64,000 nucleotides of DNA. Source: an uncultured delta proteobacterium (GTDB lineage: Bacteria; Desulfobacterota; Binatia; UBA9968). Position numbers and translations under genes: made by a program. The notes beneath the pieces are model-generated. The model was given only the letters and a program-made list of their open reading frames with translations, was not told where the DNA came from and searched no databases. Below are positions 19,731 to 29,219 of the stretch, piece after piece. Location: the NCBI GenBank assembly GCA_963745835.1, contig CAVUZH010000003.1, forward strand, positions 64,001 through 128,000, given 5' to 3'. The first letter of the stretch is position 1. Every line of letters starts with the position of its first letter.

Positions 19731-20157
19731 TCGACAGCTTGTTTTAGCTCAAAGCTGAACGTCGAGACTGCAATTGAAAAAGCCGGACAGCCGGCGAAAG
19801 GCTGCGGCGAATATAGGACAATCAGCTAGAGACGACTTGCCAATTGTGGGACGAACGACGAGTACATACTGTTGCGGTACCTGAGTAAACTAAGCTCGAT
19901 CACCAGCAACACAGAACCATCCAGATCTCATTGTCCAACGAGGTGCGTCTTTGTGCCGTTACCTGTGACTAGAATCCCACAGGTGAAATCTTGTTCGTTT
20001 GAGAATGTGGTTGTTAACTCGGCTACTCTTTGCTATGGTTTTTGGGTCACGCTAATTTCATACACTAGTTATGAACTGGTGTTACGAATCCTACGATCGT
20101 CTCTCCCGAGTGTGGTTCCAACCCTAGGCTGTCACGGCTTACCGAAATGAGTACTCA

Positions 20158-21762
20158 ATGCGCATATTTCTGATTCACATTCGCGATCCGCAATTTTATG
20201 CCCTGCCGGCGACGACCCGCGCCGCTAACGGCAATATCAGAGTCATGGGTTTTCCGCCGATCGGCATCATGTCGCTTTCTGCGGTTCTCAAACGCGCCGG
20301 ACACGAATGCGTTATGTTCGATCAGGCGAACCCGGAAACGCCTAACTCCGTCATCATAGAAGAGATTCGCCGGCAGCAGCCGAATCTCATTGGCCTTAGT
20401 TTTTTGAGCACGACTAGCTACCCCTATGCTAAAGTTCTTGCGCGTCAGATCCGTGCCATGGACTCACGCGTGCGTTTGGCCTTTGGTGGGGTCTTCGCGA
20501 CCTTGAATGCGGAATTAGTCAAGATGCAGTGTCCCGAGGTAGACTTCATTTGTCGCGGCGATGGCGAACAGCTCATCCTCGATCTGCTTGAACGTCTGGA
20601 CGATCCCTCCGCAGTTCCCGGGCTCACGTGGGCTAAGGACGGCGAGGTTGTCACCAATCCAAATCGCCCGTTGGATCGCAATCTCGATCAGTGGCCGTAT
20701 CCCGATCGAGAGAGCTTGCCCCTGGACTTTATCGAATCGATGCCGCTCGATGTTCCTGCAGTGTTGTCAATGGAGCGCTTCACGACGATGCAGACCTCGC
20801 GCGGCTGCCCCTGGCCCTGTGTTTTTTGCGACATCCCGATCTTCAACGAGGGTAAGTGGCGCTCGCGCAGCCCGTCACACGTGATCGATGAGTTCAAGCA
20901 TTTGCAAGAAAACGGATATGGCGCCGTGTATTTCGTCGATGATCATTTCCTGCTGCAGCCGAAGCGGATTGAAGCGATCTGCAAAGGAATTAACGATGCT
21001 GGAATAAACATTCAATGGGGCTGCGAAGGACGTGTCGATTCGACCGCCCAACACCTGTTCCCGGCAATGGCCAAGGCCAATTGCCGTACGTTGATGTTCG
21101 GCATTGAAAGCGGCAGCCAGAAAGTTCTGGATCGGCTAAAGAAAGATCAAACTCTGGAGCAGGTAGAAAGCGCGGTCGATAATGCCAAAGAAGCAGGGAT
21201 CGAGATTGTGCATGGTTTTTTCGTGGTCGGCAGTCCCGATGAAACCGTTGAAGATATGCGCGCTACCTTCGACTTCGCGTCGCGATTGAAGCTCGACACC
21301 TTTGGTTTCAATCGTTTGTGCGTATACCGGGGCACGCCACTTTGGAAGGAGTACGTGGCGCGTGACCTAGTTGATGATGCCACCGACTGGTACAAGTATT
21401 TCAAGTGTTCCGAGATTGATCCCACCTGCCTGTCTGGACCGGTGATCAATGACGAGCGGGCGGCGGGGCTGCGGCGGCTGTTTCGATATAAGGTGACGCA
21501 TTATCCGCTGCAAACGTTTCGCCTGCTGCGCCGCTTCTTGCGTCATATGCCGCTGCGGGACGTCATCTACCTAATCGTCAAGCCGTTCATGGGCAAGAAG
21601 CAGGGGCCGACCAAGAACGAAGTGTTGTCACGGGCTGTCGAACACCGCACGCTCAAAGACAATGCCGCGGAACTTACTAATGTCCCGGATGCGCTGCTCG
21701 AAGGGGCCATCGAAGGGGAGAAGTCGGCGGCTGACCGGCCTAAGCGAGTCGCGACAGGGTGA
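20158..21762 (+). CDS. B12-binding domain radical SAM protein
   Basis: PPIGIMSL, FGGVFAT, RGDGE, SRGCPWPCVFC, FVDD, GIESGS motifs. Confidence 0.92.
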   Translation: MRIFLIHIRDPQFYALPATTRAANGNIRVMGFPPIGIMSLSAVLKRAGHECVMFDQANPETPNSVIIEEIRRQQPNLIGLSFLSTTSYPYAKVLARQIRAMDSRVRLAFGGVFATLNAELVKMQCPEVDFICRGDGEQLILDLLERLDDPSAVPGLTWAKDGEVVTNPNRPLDRNLDQWPYPDRESLPLDFIESMPLDVPAVLSMERFTTMQTSRGCPWPCVFCDIPIFNEGKWRSRSPSHVIDEFKHLQENGYGAVYFVDDHFLLQPKRIEAICKGINDAGINIQWGCEGRVDSTAQHLFPAMAKANCRTLMFGIESGSQKVLDRLKKDQTLEQVESAVDNAKEAGIEIVHGFFVVGSPDETVEDMRATFDFASRLKLDTFGFNRLCVYRGTPLWKEYVARDLVDDATDWYKYFKCSEIDPTCLSGPVINDERAAGLRRLFRYKVTHYPLQTFRLLRRFLRHMPLRDVIYLIVKPFMGKKQGPTKNEVLSRAVEHRTLKDNAAELTNVPDALLEGAIEGEKSAADRPKRVATG

Positions 21763-21851
21763 GGAGCACATTCGCTCAGAGAGCCAGCATCTAATCAGCA
21801 GCCGCTCGGGGAATGACCGAAGCCCAAGGACGTATTCCAACAACCGTCTCG

Positions 21852-22616
21852 TTAATTGCGAATGCCCTTACGGCTGAGAAACTCCTTGAAGCCTTCGCGC
21901 GGGTGATTCGATTTGAGCCGGTTCTTTCTGGCATTTTGCTCATTGTCGTAGCGCCCGCGCCAATCCCTGCCAACATTTTCATGAAGTAGCCGTTTGATCC
22001 CCTGCACCATTCGGGGATCGTTTTCACTGATGAGTTGCGCCATTTCAATAGCTTTAGCGAGCAGCTCGCCCGTCGGCACGACCTGATTGAGCAGCCCGAT
22101 CTTCTCAGCCTCAATTGCCTGAACCACTCGTCCGGTGTAGAGCAGCTCTTTCGCTTTGGCGATTCCTACGACCAGCGGCAGCGACCAAGATGAATTGACG
22201 CGTCCGTAGCGCGCTGCCAGGAAGCGAAACTCGGTGATCTCGCAGCCGATGCGGATGTCGAGCATGGAAGTGAGTTGCGCTCCAGCCCCGTAAGCCAAAC
22301 CATTGATGGCACCGATGATCGGCTTTGCAAAAGTTGCGATGCGCCAGTTCGCCTGACTACGGAATTCAGTCCGGGCGGCAAGTTCCTCATCGCTTGATTT
22401 GGCCATCTGATGAATATCGCCGCCGGCGGAAAACGCGCGCGGACCAGCGCCGGTCAAAACCACCGCGTTAACAGCATCGTCGTTTTCGAGCTTCGCCAGC
22501 TCGGCGTCGAGCTCCCGAGCCAATTCGTAGCTCATCGCATTTAGTTTTTCCGGACGATTGAGAGTGATCAAAGCGACCTTGTCAATCTGCTCTGTTAAAA
22601 TATTCTGGTAAGTCAT
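21852..22616 (-). CDS. Enoyl-CoA hydratase/isomerase family protein
   Basis: ITLNRPEKLNA, FSAGGDI, KPIIGAING; GAAGGAG RBS before MTYQN. Confidence 0.9.
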   Translation of the reverse strand: MTYQNILTEQIDKVALITLNRPEKLNAMSYELARELDAELAKLENDDAVNAVVLTGAGPRAFSAGGDIHQMAKSSDEELAARTEFRSQANWRIATFAKPIIGAINGLAYGAGAQLTSMLDIRIGCEITEFRFLAARYGRVNSSWSLPLVVGIAKAKELLYTGRVVQAIEAEKIGLLNQVVPTGELLAKAIEMAQLISENDPRMVQGIKRLLHENVGRDWRGRYDNEQNARKNRLKSNHPREGFKEFLSRKGIRN

Positions 22617-22810
22617 CTGCTCTCCTTCAAGCGCAGCGGATCGTCGTCGACGCGGGATTACAACGGAGATCACGGAAGCTGCGCAATTTTCGGCGGCATA
22701 CCACCGCGACAGGGCTACCCTCATGCCACAGATTCTTAATGGAATGAGTCAAACTCGATTGTTAGAGGATGATCAAGCCATGATCGCCCGTCTTTATCGT
22801 CTAAGGCATC

Positions 22811-23594
22811 TTAGGTCCGGTAAGGCTCGTAGACGATTGCCTGTTTGATCGCTGCATCAATTTGCGTCGCCATTGGATTACGAATCTCCTCGGCAATGTG
22901 GCCCATGACGCCAAGCGTGCGCCCGATCAATGCAAAGGCCTTGGTGATTTGCCAAGGAAAGCCCATGTCCAGAGCAATCGCCGCAATTGCGCCGGTGACA
23001 TTGACTGGAATTAACCTCTTCCTCCGTTGGGTGGCAACTTCGGAGAGCTTCTGCAGCAGCTCGCAATAACTTCCGTAAATTTTATTGTCCTTGGCGATTC
23101 CGAAGAGAGTCTCGGCGCGAGGATCGCCTTCGGCATGAGTGCGGTGGCCAATTCCCGGGATGCGCTGTTTCCGTACCGAATAGTCATCAAAGATCGTAGT
23201 GGCAATCTGTTCCAAATCGGGATTCTTGCTGGCGCTTGGCAGTGCCTCGGTAAGCATTTTGGCCGACCATTCAGACGATCCAAGGTGAACACTGCCAGCG
23301 CCGCAAAGCGCCGCGGCGACTGCAGCCTGAATCGCCTCGGGAGCGCAATGATAAACGAGCCGAGCGGCAATGACGTGCGATACCATTCCGTGCTCGACAA
23401 GAATCACCAGCAGCGCATCGAGCATTTTCGCTTCATTAGGCGTGGGCAACCGGCCGCGCAACATGAGCGACGTCATATCAGTGAAACGTGATTTTACCGA
23501 CCAGATCTTTATTAAGATCGTATCCGCGAACGAGAATACGGTGAAGCTCGGCCTTGCCGATACCGGTCACGATTTTCGGTTGTTGTTCTGCCAT
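22811..23594 (-). pseudogene. Citryl-CoA lyase / citrate synthase family protein with a +1 frameshift near 23485
   Basis: N-terminus MAEQQPKIVTGIG...VRGYDLNKDLVGKIT lies out of frame with FTDMTSLM...EHG...HLG...IPGIGH...DPR...NVTG; one extra base in the AAA at 23484-23486. Confidence 0.78.
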
Positions 23595-23685
23595 GGGTCC
23601 TCCCATGTGATTTAGATGGGCGGATTCTAGGCCACGCCGTTCCAAGCCGCAACGCCTAACGGGAGAATTTAATGAGACGGAAAGA

Positions 23686-24612
23686 CTAAACGTCCCGGCG
23701 CGGCGTTTGGTCGGTTGTCAGTCCGCAGCGGTTTCGCGTTATCGAGTGTACCAGCAGGAGTACGCTAATGAACCCTATCCATGCGGCGACTCCGCTGACG
23801 ATCTTGGGATTCGTGGAACCGAAAAGCCAGCCTAGATCATCGCGCCTGAAGTCGCCAAAAATCCGCATCGACTGCGAGCCAAAAATCCACCCCGCATGCA
23901 GGCCGATCGATAGATATAAATTTCCGGTGCGCAAAAAAGCGTAGCTCAAAACTATTCCGAGAAGAAACAGACCGAACATTCCGGGAAGAATGTTTACCGG
24001 TTCTGAAAAAGGCGTGAAGGTGTAGATCAGATGACGAAACCCGGCCAGCGGCTCAAAGCCATTGACGAAGTAGGCTTTTCCTGGCTCGACGAAGTGCAAA
24101 GCGGAATAGAATAAGCTTGATAGCACAAAAGCGCGAAACAGCCTGCCGTTCTGAAGCAGTCCTTTGAATAAGATTCCACGAAAAAAAATTTCTTCTAATG
24201 ATCCGGCAAAAACTCCCGCCAGCAGCGCGCTGAAGGAACGTGACAACGAGCGCGATAGTGACAGCCTGAAATAGGGCTCAAAGACCTGAGCGACCGACAT
24301 TACTAACACTAACGCCGCCAGAGATCCCACAGCTAAACTCCAGCCACGGGGCAGATCGCCACCGCCTCGAGCTAGGCTGACAAGACCCAGGTCGGCAAGA
24401 TTGCCAATTCTAAGCAGACGGCGGCAGAGGAAAAATAGCAGGATGCCCAAAAACATGAATGTGCGATCGAAAATGCGTGAGAAAGGGAAGCGTTCTACAC
24501 CGAGCAACTGGACGGAGACCCAATTAGCCGCGATAGCAAACCACGGGCTGAGAATAGCCGTCAGCGCCAGCACGAAAATGAGAAAAATAAACAATCTGTG
24601 GTGCGTGCTCAT
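23686..24612 (-). CDS. CPBP (CAAX protease-like, Abi) intramembrane metalloprotease
   Basis: EEIFFRG, FYSALH, GLHAGW motifs, multi-TM; start 24612 or 24621. Confidence 0.88.
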   Translation of the reverse strand: MSTHHRLFIFLIFVLALTAILSPWFAIAANWVSVQLLGVERFPFSRIFDRTFMFLGILLFFLCRRLLRIGNLADLGLVSLARGGGDLPRGWSLAVGSLAALVLVMSVAQVFEPYFRLSLSRSLSRSFSALLAGVFAGSLEEIFFRGILFKGLLQNGRLFRAFVLSSLFYSALHFVEPGKAYFVNGFEPLAGFRHLIYTFTPFSEPVNILPGMFGLFLLGIVLSYAFLRTGNLYLSIGLHAGWIFGSQSMRIFGDFRRDDLGWLFGSTNPKIVSGVAAWIGFISVLLLVHSITRNRCGLTTDQTPRRDV

Positions 24613-24653
24613 GGATTTCATGGAGTTCTTAACTATGGTATACGATCTGAAGC

Positions 24654-25403
24654 ATGACAAGCGCGCAGCGGAAAAAACTAATCAATAACGTTACTCTGAT
24701 CACCGGAGCAACTCGCGGCATCGGCAAAGCCGTTGCCGCTGCATGCCTCCATGAAGGCGCCCGCGTGTTTATCTGTGCCCGCAACCAGCAGGAGGTTGCG
24801 GCAACCGTGCGCGAGCTTCGCTATGACAGCGCCGACGCACAAATTGATGGTTGCGCAGGTGACGTCGGCAAAGAGACCGATGTCTGCCGGATCGTCGATG
24901 CAGTCATTGAAAGATTTCATACGATTGACACGCTCATCAACAATGCCAGCTTGCTCGGGCGACGGGTGGCTCTCGTTGAGTACCCGTTTGGGCAATGGGA
25001 AGAGGTGATTCGCGTCAACTTGCACGGTGTATTTCTTTTATCCCAGCAGGTGGTCAAACGTATGATCGCGCAACGTCATGGTTCCATTATCAATGTCTCG
25101 TCGGGCGTTGGGCGTGTCGGTCGAGCTCGGTGGGGCGCCTACGCGGTGTCAAAGTTTGGTTTGGAAGGACTCACTCAAGTTTTGGCTGACGAAGTTAAGG
25201 AGTTTGGGATTCGGGTAAACAGCGTCAATCCGGGACCTACGCGGACCGAGATGCGCGCCGAGGCCTATCCTGAAGAAGACCCGCTGACCTTGCCGACGCC
25301 GGAACAGATTACGCCAATCTTTGTTCATCTGGCCTCTGCTCAGTCAGAGAATGTCACTGGCCAAATGTTGGAGGCGCAAGACTGGTCAGAGCCGATCAAT
25401 TGA
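24654..25403 (+). CDS. SDR family oxidoreductase (YciK-like)
   Basis: TGATRGIG, NNA, SSGVG, YAVSK, NPGPTRTEMRAEAYP. Confidence 0.92.
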   Translation: MTSAQRKKLINNVTLITGATRGIGKAVAAACLHEGARVFICARNQQEVAATVRELRYDSADAQIDGCAGDVGKETDVCRIVDAVIERFHTIDTLINNASLLGRRVALVEYPFGQWEEVIRVNLHGVFLLSQQVVKRMIAQRHGSIINVSSGVGRVGRARWGAYAVSKFGLEGLTQVLADEVKEFGIRVNSVNPGPTRTEMRAEAYPEEDPLTLPTPEQITPIFVHLASAQSENVTGQMLEAQDWSEPIN

Positions 25404-25686
25404 CCCATTCCTCGATTCTATATAAAACCTGATACTTTCATCCTTGGTAATAAATTTTCACAAAAAGAACCAGGAGTACGCCTCGAGTTATGTATTGAAG
25501 GTGAAAGGTGAAAGGTCGATGACATCCCCTTATCCGGGGTTGTGGGAAAGAGCGGCAGGAGACTAACTCCGCGGGGAACCGTGCCGCCGGCAGGTAGGAG
25601 GGTCGGGGTTGTGGAGGGCTCAAGATAAGATTGAGCCGGATAACAGGCATCGAGCGAGAAACAACCCCAAGGATGGAAGGTAGGAA

Positions 25687-26679
25687 ATGAAAGCGATTCG
25701 AGTGACCGGGCCGTTTCTCTGTGCGCTAATGTGTGCCGCGACCCTGGCGCAGGGGCAAGATCTTAAAAAGATCAAAATCGGCTATCCCGCGGTATCCTAC
25801 AATCAAATTCATATCTGGGTAGCCAAAGAGGCTGGATTGTTTCGCAAGTATGGCCTGGATGCCGAAGTCATTTTTTTCCGTGGCGGCGGGATGGCAACTC
25901 AGGCACTGGTTGCCGGCGATCCGCCGATCGTTAACATCGGCACAGTAGTGCTCGCGGGATTACAGGGTTACGACGTCGTTCTCATTGGCTCCTCGGAGAG
26001 TACCTATAATTACTCTGTGGTGGCGCGCCCCGCGACTACAAAACTCGAGCAACTCAAGGGAAAACGATTGGGCGTAAGCGGTTTCGGATCAGCATCGCAT
26101 ACCGCCGCGCTAATCCTTCTCAAAAAATTTAACCTCGAACCTAACAAAGACGTCATGCTCGTGGTTTCCGGGCCCACTCCCGACCGCTTGGCGGCGATGG
26201 AGTCGAACCGCATTGACGCCACCATTCTGACTCCGTCGGAGACCCCGAGAGCGCGCAAGCAGGGCTTCATTGAAATCTTTGACATGCTGGATCTAGGAAT
26301 CGAGGTGCAAGGGAACGGCTTTGCCACTTCCCGGACGTTTATTCGTAATCAGCGGGAAACCGCCTTGAGCGCGTTGAAGGGCTACGTTGAGTCGATCCAC
26401 TATATCCATAAGAATCGAGACGAAACCAAGAAAATTGTCGGTCAATACCTGCGCAGCGCGGATGCCGAAGCTCTCGAAGCGACTTATATCGCGTTCGTCA
26501 AAAGTGTCGCCAAGCGGCCCTACCCGACGCTAAAAGGAATTCAGTATTTGCTTGATGATTTAGCTGTGAAAAATCCGCAGGCAAAAACTGCCAAACCCGA
26601 ACAGTTCGTTGATCTGAGTTTGCTGCAGCAGTTGGAGAAAGAGGGATTCTTTGCCGAAATGGCAAAGCGCTACCCGTAG
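25687..26679 (+). CDS. ABC substrate-binding protein, NMT1/SsuA-like
   Basis: Signal peptide; WVAKEAGLFRKYGLD, LKGKRLGVS..GS, QFVDLS motifs. Confidence 0.88.
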   Translation: MKAIRVTGPFLCALMCAATLAQGQDLKKIKIGYPAVSYNQIHIWVAKEAGLFRKYGLDAEVIFFRGGGMATQALVAGDPPIVNIGTVVLAGLQGYDVVLIGSSESTYNYSVVARPATTKLEQLKGKRLGVSGFGSASHTAALILLKKFNLEPNKDVMLVVSGPTPDRLAAMESNRIDATILTPSETPRARKQGFIEIFDMLDLGIEVQGNGFATSRTFIRNQRETALSALKGYVESIHYIHKNRDETKKIVGQYLRSADAEALEATYIAFVKSVAKRPYPTLKGIQYLLDDLAVKNPQAKTAKPEQFVDLSLLQQLEKEGFFAEMAKRYP

Positions 26680-26732
26680 TCGTGATTTGTTTGTAACGCA
26701 CTGTGGTACCATATTGATGTAGGAAGAAGGTT

Positions 26733-27233
26733 ATGAATCAAAATATTGGCAAGCAATTCCCCGATTTCGAAATGGTCGATCATGACAGTCAACCGGTTAA
26801 GCTTTCGCAGTATGCCGGCAAATTTCCATTGATCCTGTCGTTCTATCGCGGGTACTGGTGAGGCAAATGCCAGGTGCAGTTGCGCCATTATGTCGAATTC
26901 CAGAAAGAGCTGGCGATTAACTATTGTAAGCTGGTGGTGGTGAGCGTCGATCCGCCGGAAGTCAATTCGGCCTTTCGAACCGGTCTCGGCGCCGAGTTTC
27001 CGTTTCTGACTGATCAAGATCGCAAAGTCGTTCAAGCCCTTGATATGACCGAAACCTCAAAGTCGCGCGGCATTACAGCAATCCCGTATACCTTTTCGTT
27101 GATGCCGGATCTGACGGTTCACAGCTTTTACTGTGGCTACTGGTACGTCGGCCGTCCTACTCTCGATGAGCTGCGCATGGATCTGCGCGCCATGATGAAA
27201 AGAGTGCGGTCCGACTTCGATCCTCAAGCTTAG
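26733..27233 (+). CDS. Probable selenocysteine-containing redoxin (AhpC/TSA peroxiredoxin-like), UxxC
   Basis: ATG 26733 with AGGAAGAAGG RBS reads MNQNIGKQFPDFEMVDHDSQPVKLSQYAGKFPLILSFYRGYW-TGA(26859-61)-GKC, in frame with the 26874..27233 ORF (VSVD, FPFLTD); TGA sits at the first Cys of the WCxxC motif. Confidence 0.82.
26862..26894 (+). promoter_or_regulatory. Candidate bacterial SECIS element
   Basis: Immediately 3' of the UGA: lower stem GGCA-AAU/AUU-A-UGUC, upper stem GGUGC/GCGCC, apical loop AGUU starting 16 nt after the UGA. Confidence 0.6.
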
Positions 27234-27292
27234 AGCCAAAGGCCACTCAATTTGAGCTTGAAAGGGACGAATCAAGTCGGTAAGATTCGTTT

Positions 27293-27547
27293 ATGATCAC
27301 TCCGGAACAAATCAAAAGCACTCTGGAACAAGCGCTTCCTGGTTCCACCATCGAAATGCAGGATCTCACAGGAGGTGGAGACCACTGGCAGGTGTTCATC
27401 GTCTCGCCAGCGTTCGAAGGTAAGGGGTTGATCGAGCAACATCAGATGGTTTATGCGGCGCTTAAGGAGGAGATGGGCGATCAGCGTATTCATGCGCTCG
27501 CGCTCAAAACCTTTACACCGGGGCAGTGGGCGAAGCTTGGCTCATAG
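27293..27547 (+). CDS. bolA: BolA/IbaG family protein
   Basis: GGDHWQVFIVSPAFEG...QHQMVYAAL...IHALALKT. Confidence 0.92.
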   Translation: MITPEQIKSTLEQALPGSTIEMQDLTGGGDHWQVFIVSPAFEGKGLIEQHQMVYAALKEEMGDQRIHALALKTFTPGQWAKLGS

Positions 27548-27573
27548 GTTCGCAGACAAATAAGGAGAAGGTT

Positions 27574-27897
27574 ATGGCAGAAGATGTCCTGAACGAAATC
27601 GATTCCAAGGTCAAAAACAACAAGGTAATGCTGTTTATGAAGGGCACGCCGGATTTTCCCCAGTGTGGCTTTTCGGCTCACACGGTGGAGATCTTAAGAT
27701 CCTACGGGGTGCCGTTTGCTACGGCAGATGTCTTGGCCGATGCTGCGGTGCGGGATGGAATCAAGAGGTATTCGAACTGGCCCACCATTCCACAGGTTTA
27801 TATCGACGGAAAATTCGTCGGCGGCTGCGATATCGTGCACGAACTGCATGAGCGGGGCGAGCTGGAGCCGATGCTCAAGTCGGCTCTAGGCAAATAG
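27574..27897 (+). CDS. grxD: Monothiol glutaredoxin Grx4
   Basis: LFMKGTP..PQCGFS, WPTIPQ, GGCDI; AAGGAG RBS. Confidence 0.95.
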   Translation: MAEDVLNEIDSKVKNNKVMLFMKGTPDFPQCGFSAHTVEILRSYGVPFATADVLADAAVRDGIKRYSNWPTIPQVYIDGKFVGGCDIVHELHERGELEPMLKSALGK

Positions 27898-27943
27898 ACA
27901 ATCAAGTTCATCGGGCCAGGCCACAATAACTCGTGTTATCAAT

Positions 27944-28345
27944 ATGAGTAAAGTCTTCGCGCCATTAATCTTCACCATGGCAGTGGCGCTATTAAGTTCC
28001 TGTGCAATGCTCAGAAGCTTGACTCCCGGCCACGACAGCTTCGAAAAGGGAATGGCTTCGTTCAATCAAGGCCAGTTCGATTCCGCGATTCAATATTTCA
28101 AGCAGTCGAGTTTAGAGAATCCTAATTCAGCGCAAGCTTATCTCTATCTAGGCAGATCCTACGTCAGCGTAGGCCGCTGGAAATCTGCGATCCCACCGCT
28201 GCGCACCGCGTTCAGACTGTCACCGAACGAAGCTAAAGGCGAGATCATGAATCTAATCGTCGATGCAGTTTTCGCGGCCGCGACATATTATCCCGGATTG
28301 GGAGAATACGGTTTGTTGCGTGACCTCTACAAAGATTTGCTTTAG
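27944..28345 (+). CDS. TPR-repeat lipoprotein
   Basis: Lipobox LLSSC; TPR-like helices (FEKG...FDSAIQYF...AYLYLGRSY). Confidence 0.75.
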   Translation: MSKVFAPLIFTMAVALLSSCAMLRSLTPGHDSFEKGMASFNQGQFDSAIQYFKQSSLENPNSAQAYLYLGRSYVSVGRWKSAIPPLRTAFRLSPNEAKGEIMNLIVDAVFAAATYYPGLGEYGLLRDLYKDLL

Positions 28346-28419
28346 CATATCTGGTATTTCCCGGGTTGTTCTCTTCAGCTGAAATCGTCTCCCGTTGCTC
28401 GCCTAAGGAGCGTCGAGTC

Positions 28420-29145
28420 ATGATCAAGTTCACAGCGGCCTGCTTATTCTTCCTCATGACAGTGACTCCGGCATCGGCGCAATTCGATAAAATCCTTAAA
28501 GGGTTGGGCGGGCTAAGCGGCACCGGAAGCGGAGGGCTGGACGACGCCAAGGTCGGATCGGGCCTGCAGGAGGCGCTTAAGGTCGGCACTGAGAATGCCG
28601 TGCTGCAGACCGGTTCTGTGGACGGCTTCCTCAAAAACCAGGCGATCAAAATTCTAATGCCAAGGCAGCTTCAGAATATCGAGCAGCCGCTGCGTCTGGT
28701 CGGTTACGGGCCGCAGCTTGACGAGTTCGTTATCAGCATGAATCGCGCTGCTGAAAAGGCGGTACCGTTTGCAAAGGAGATCTTTTGGGACGCAATTGGC
28801 CAGATGACGTTCGACGATGCAAACAAAATCCTGAACGGCAACGATACGGCTGCGACAGATTACTTCAAGGGAAAAACTTCTAAAAAGCTGCACAGCGCAT
28901 TCCGACCTACCGTCGCCACCGTGATGGCGGATGTCGGAGTGACGCGACAATACAACGACTTGATCGGTCGGTATAAAGCAGTGCCGTTTGCGCAAAGCAT
29001 CTCCTTTGATATTGATCAGTATGTAACTGAAAAGACAACGGATGGTCTGTTCTTCGTTGTCGGTCAAGAGGAGCAGAAGATCCGCACCAATCCGGCCGCG
29101 CGAGTAACTGATTTGCTCAAGGACGTATTCGGCCGGGGAAAATAA
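28420..29145 (+). CDS. DUF4197 family exported protein
   Basis: [38 protein letters not shown]...[12 protein letters not shown]. Confidence 0.88.
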   Translation: MIKFTAACLFFLMTVTPASAQFDKILKGLGGLSGTGSGGLDDAKVGSGLQEALKVGTENAVLQTGSVDGFLKNQAIKILMPRQLQNIEQPLRLVGYGPQLDEFVISMNRAAEKAVPFAKEIFWDAIGQMTFDDANKILNGNDTAATDYFKGKTSKKLHSAFRPTVATVMADVGVTRQYNDLIGRYKAVPFAQSISFDIDQYVTEKTTDGLFFVVGQEEQKIRTNPAARVTDLLKDVFGRGK

Positions 29146-29219
29146 GTTCCCATTCTTCCTGCAAGACAACAGCCTGTTCAGCTGTGCGCCGCAGCGCAGG
29201 CCTCGAGAACACAATTCAC

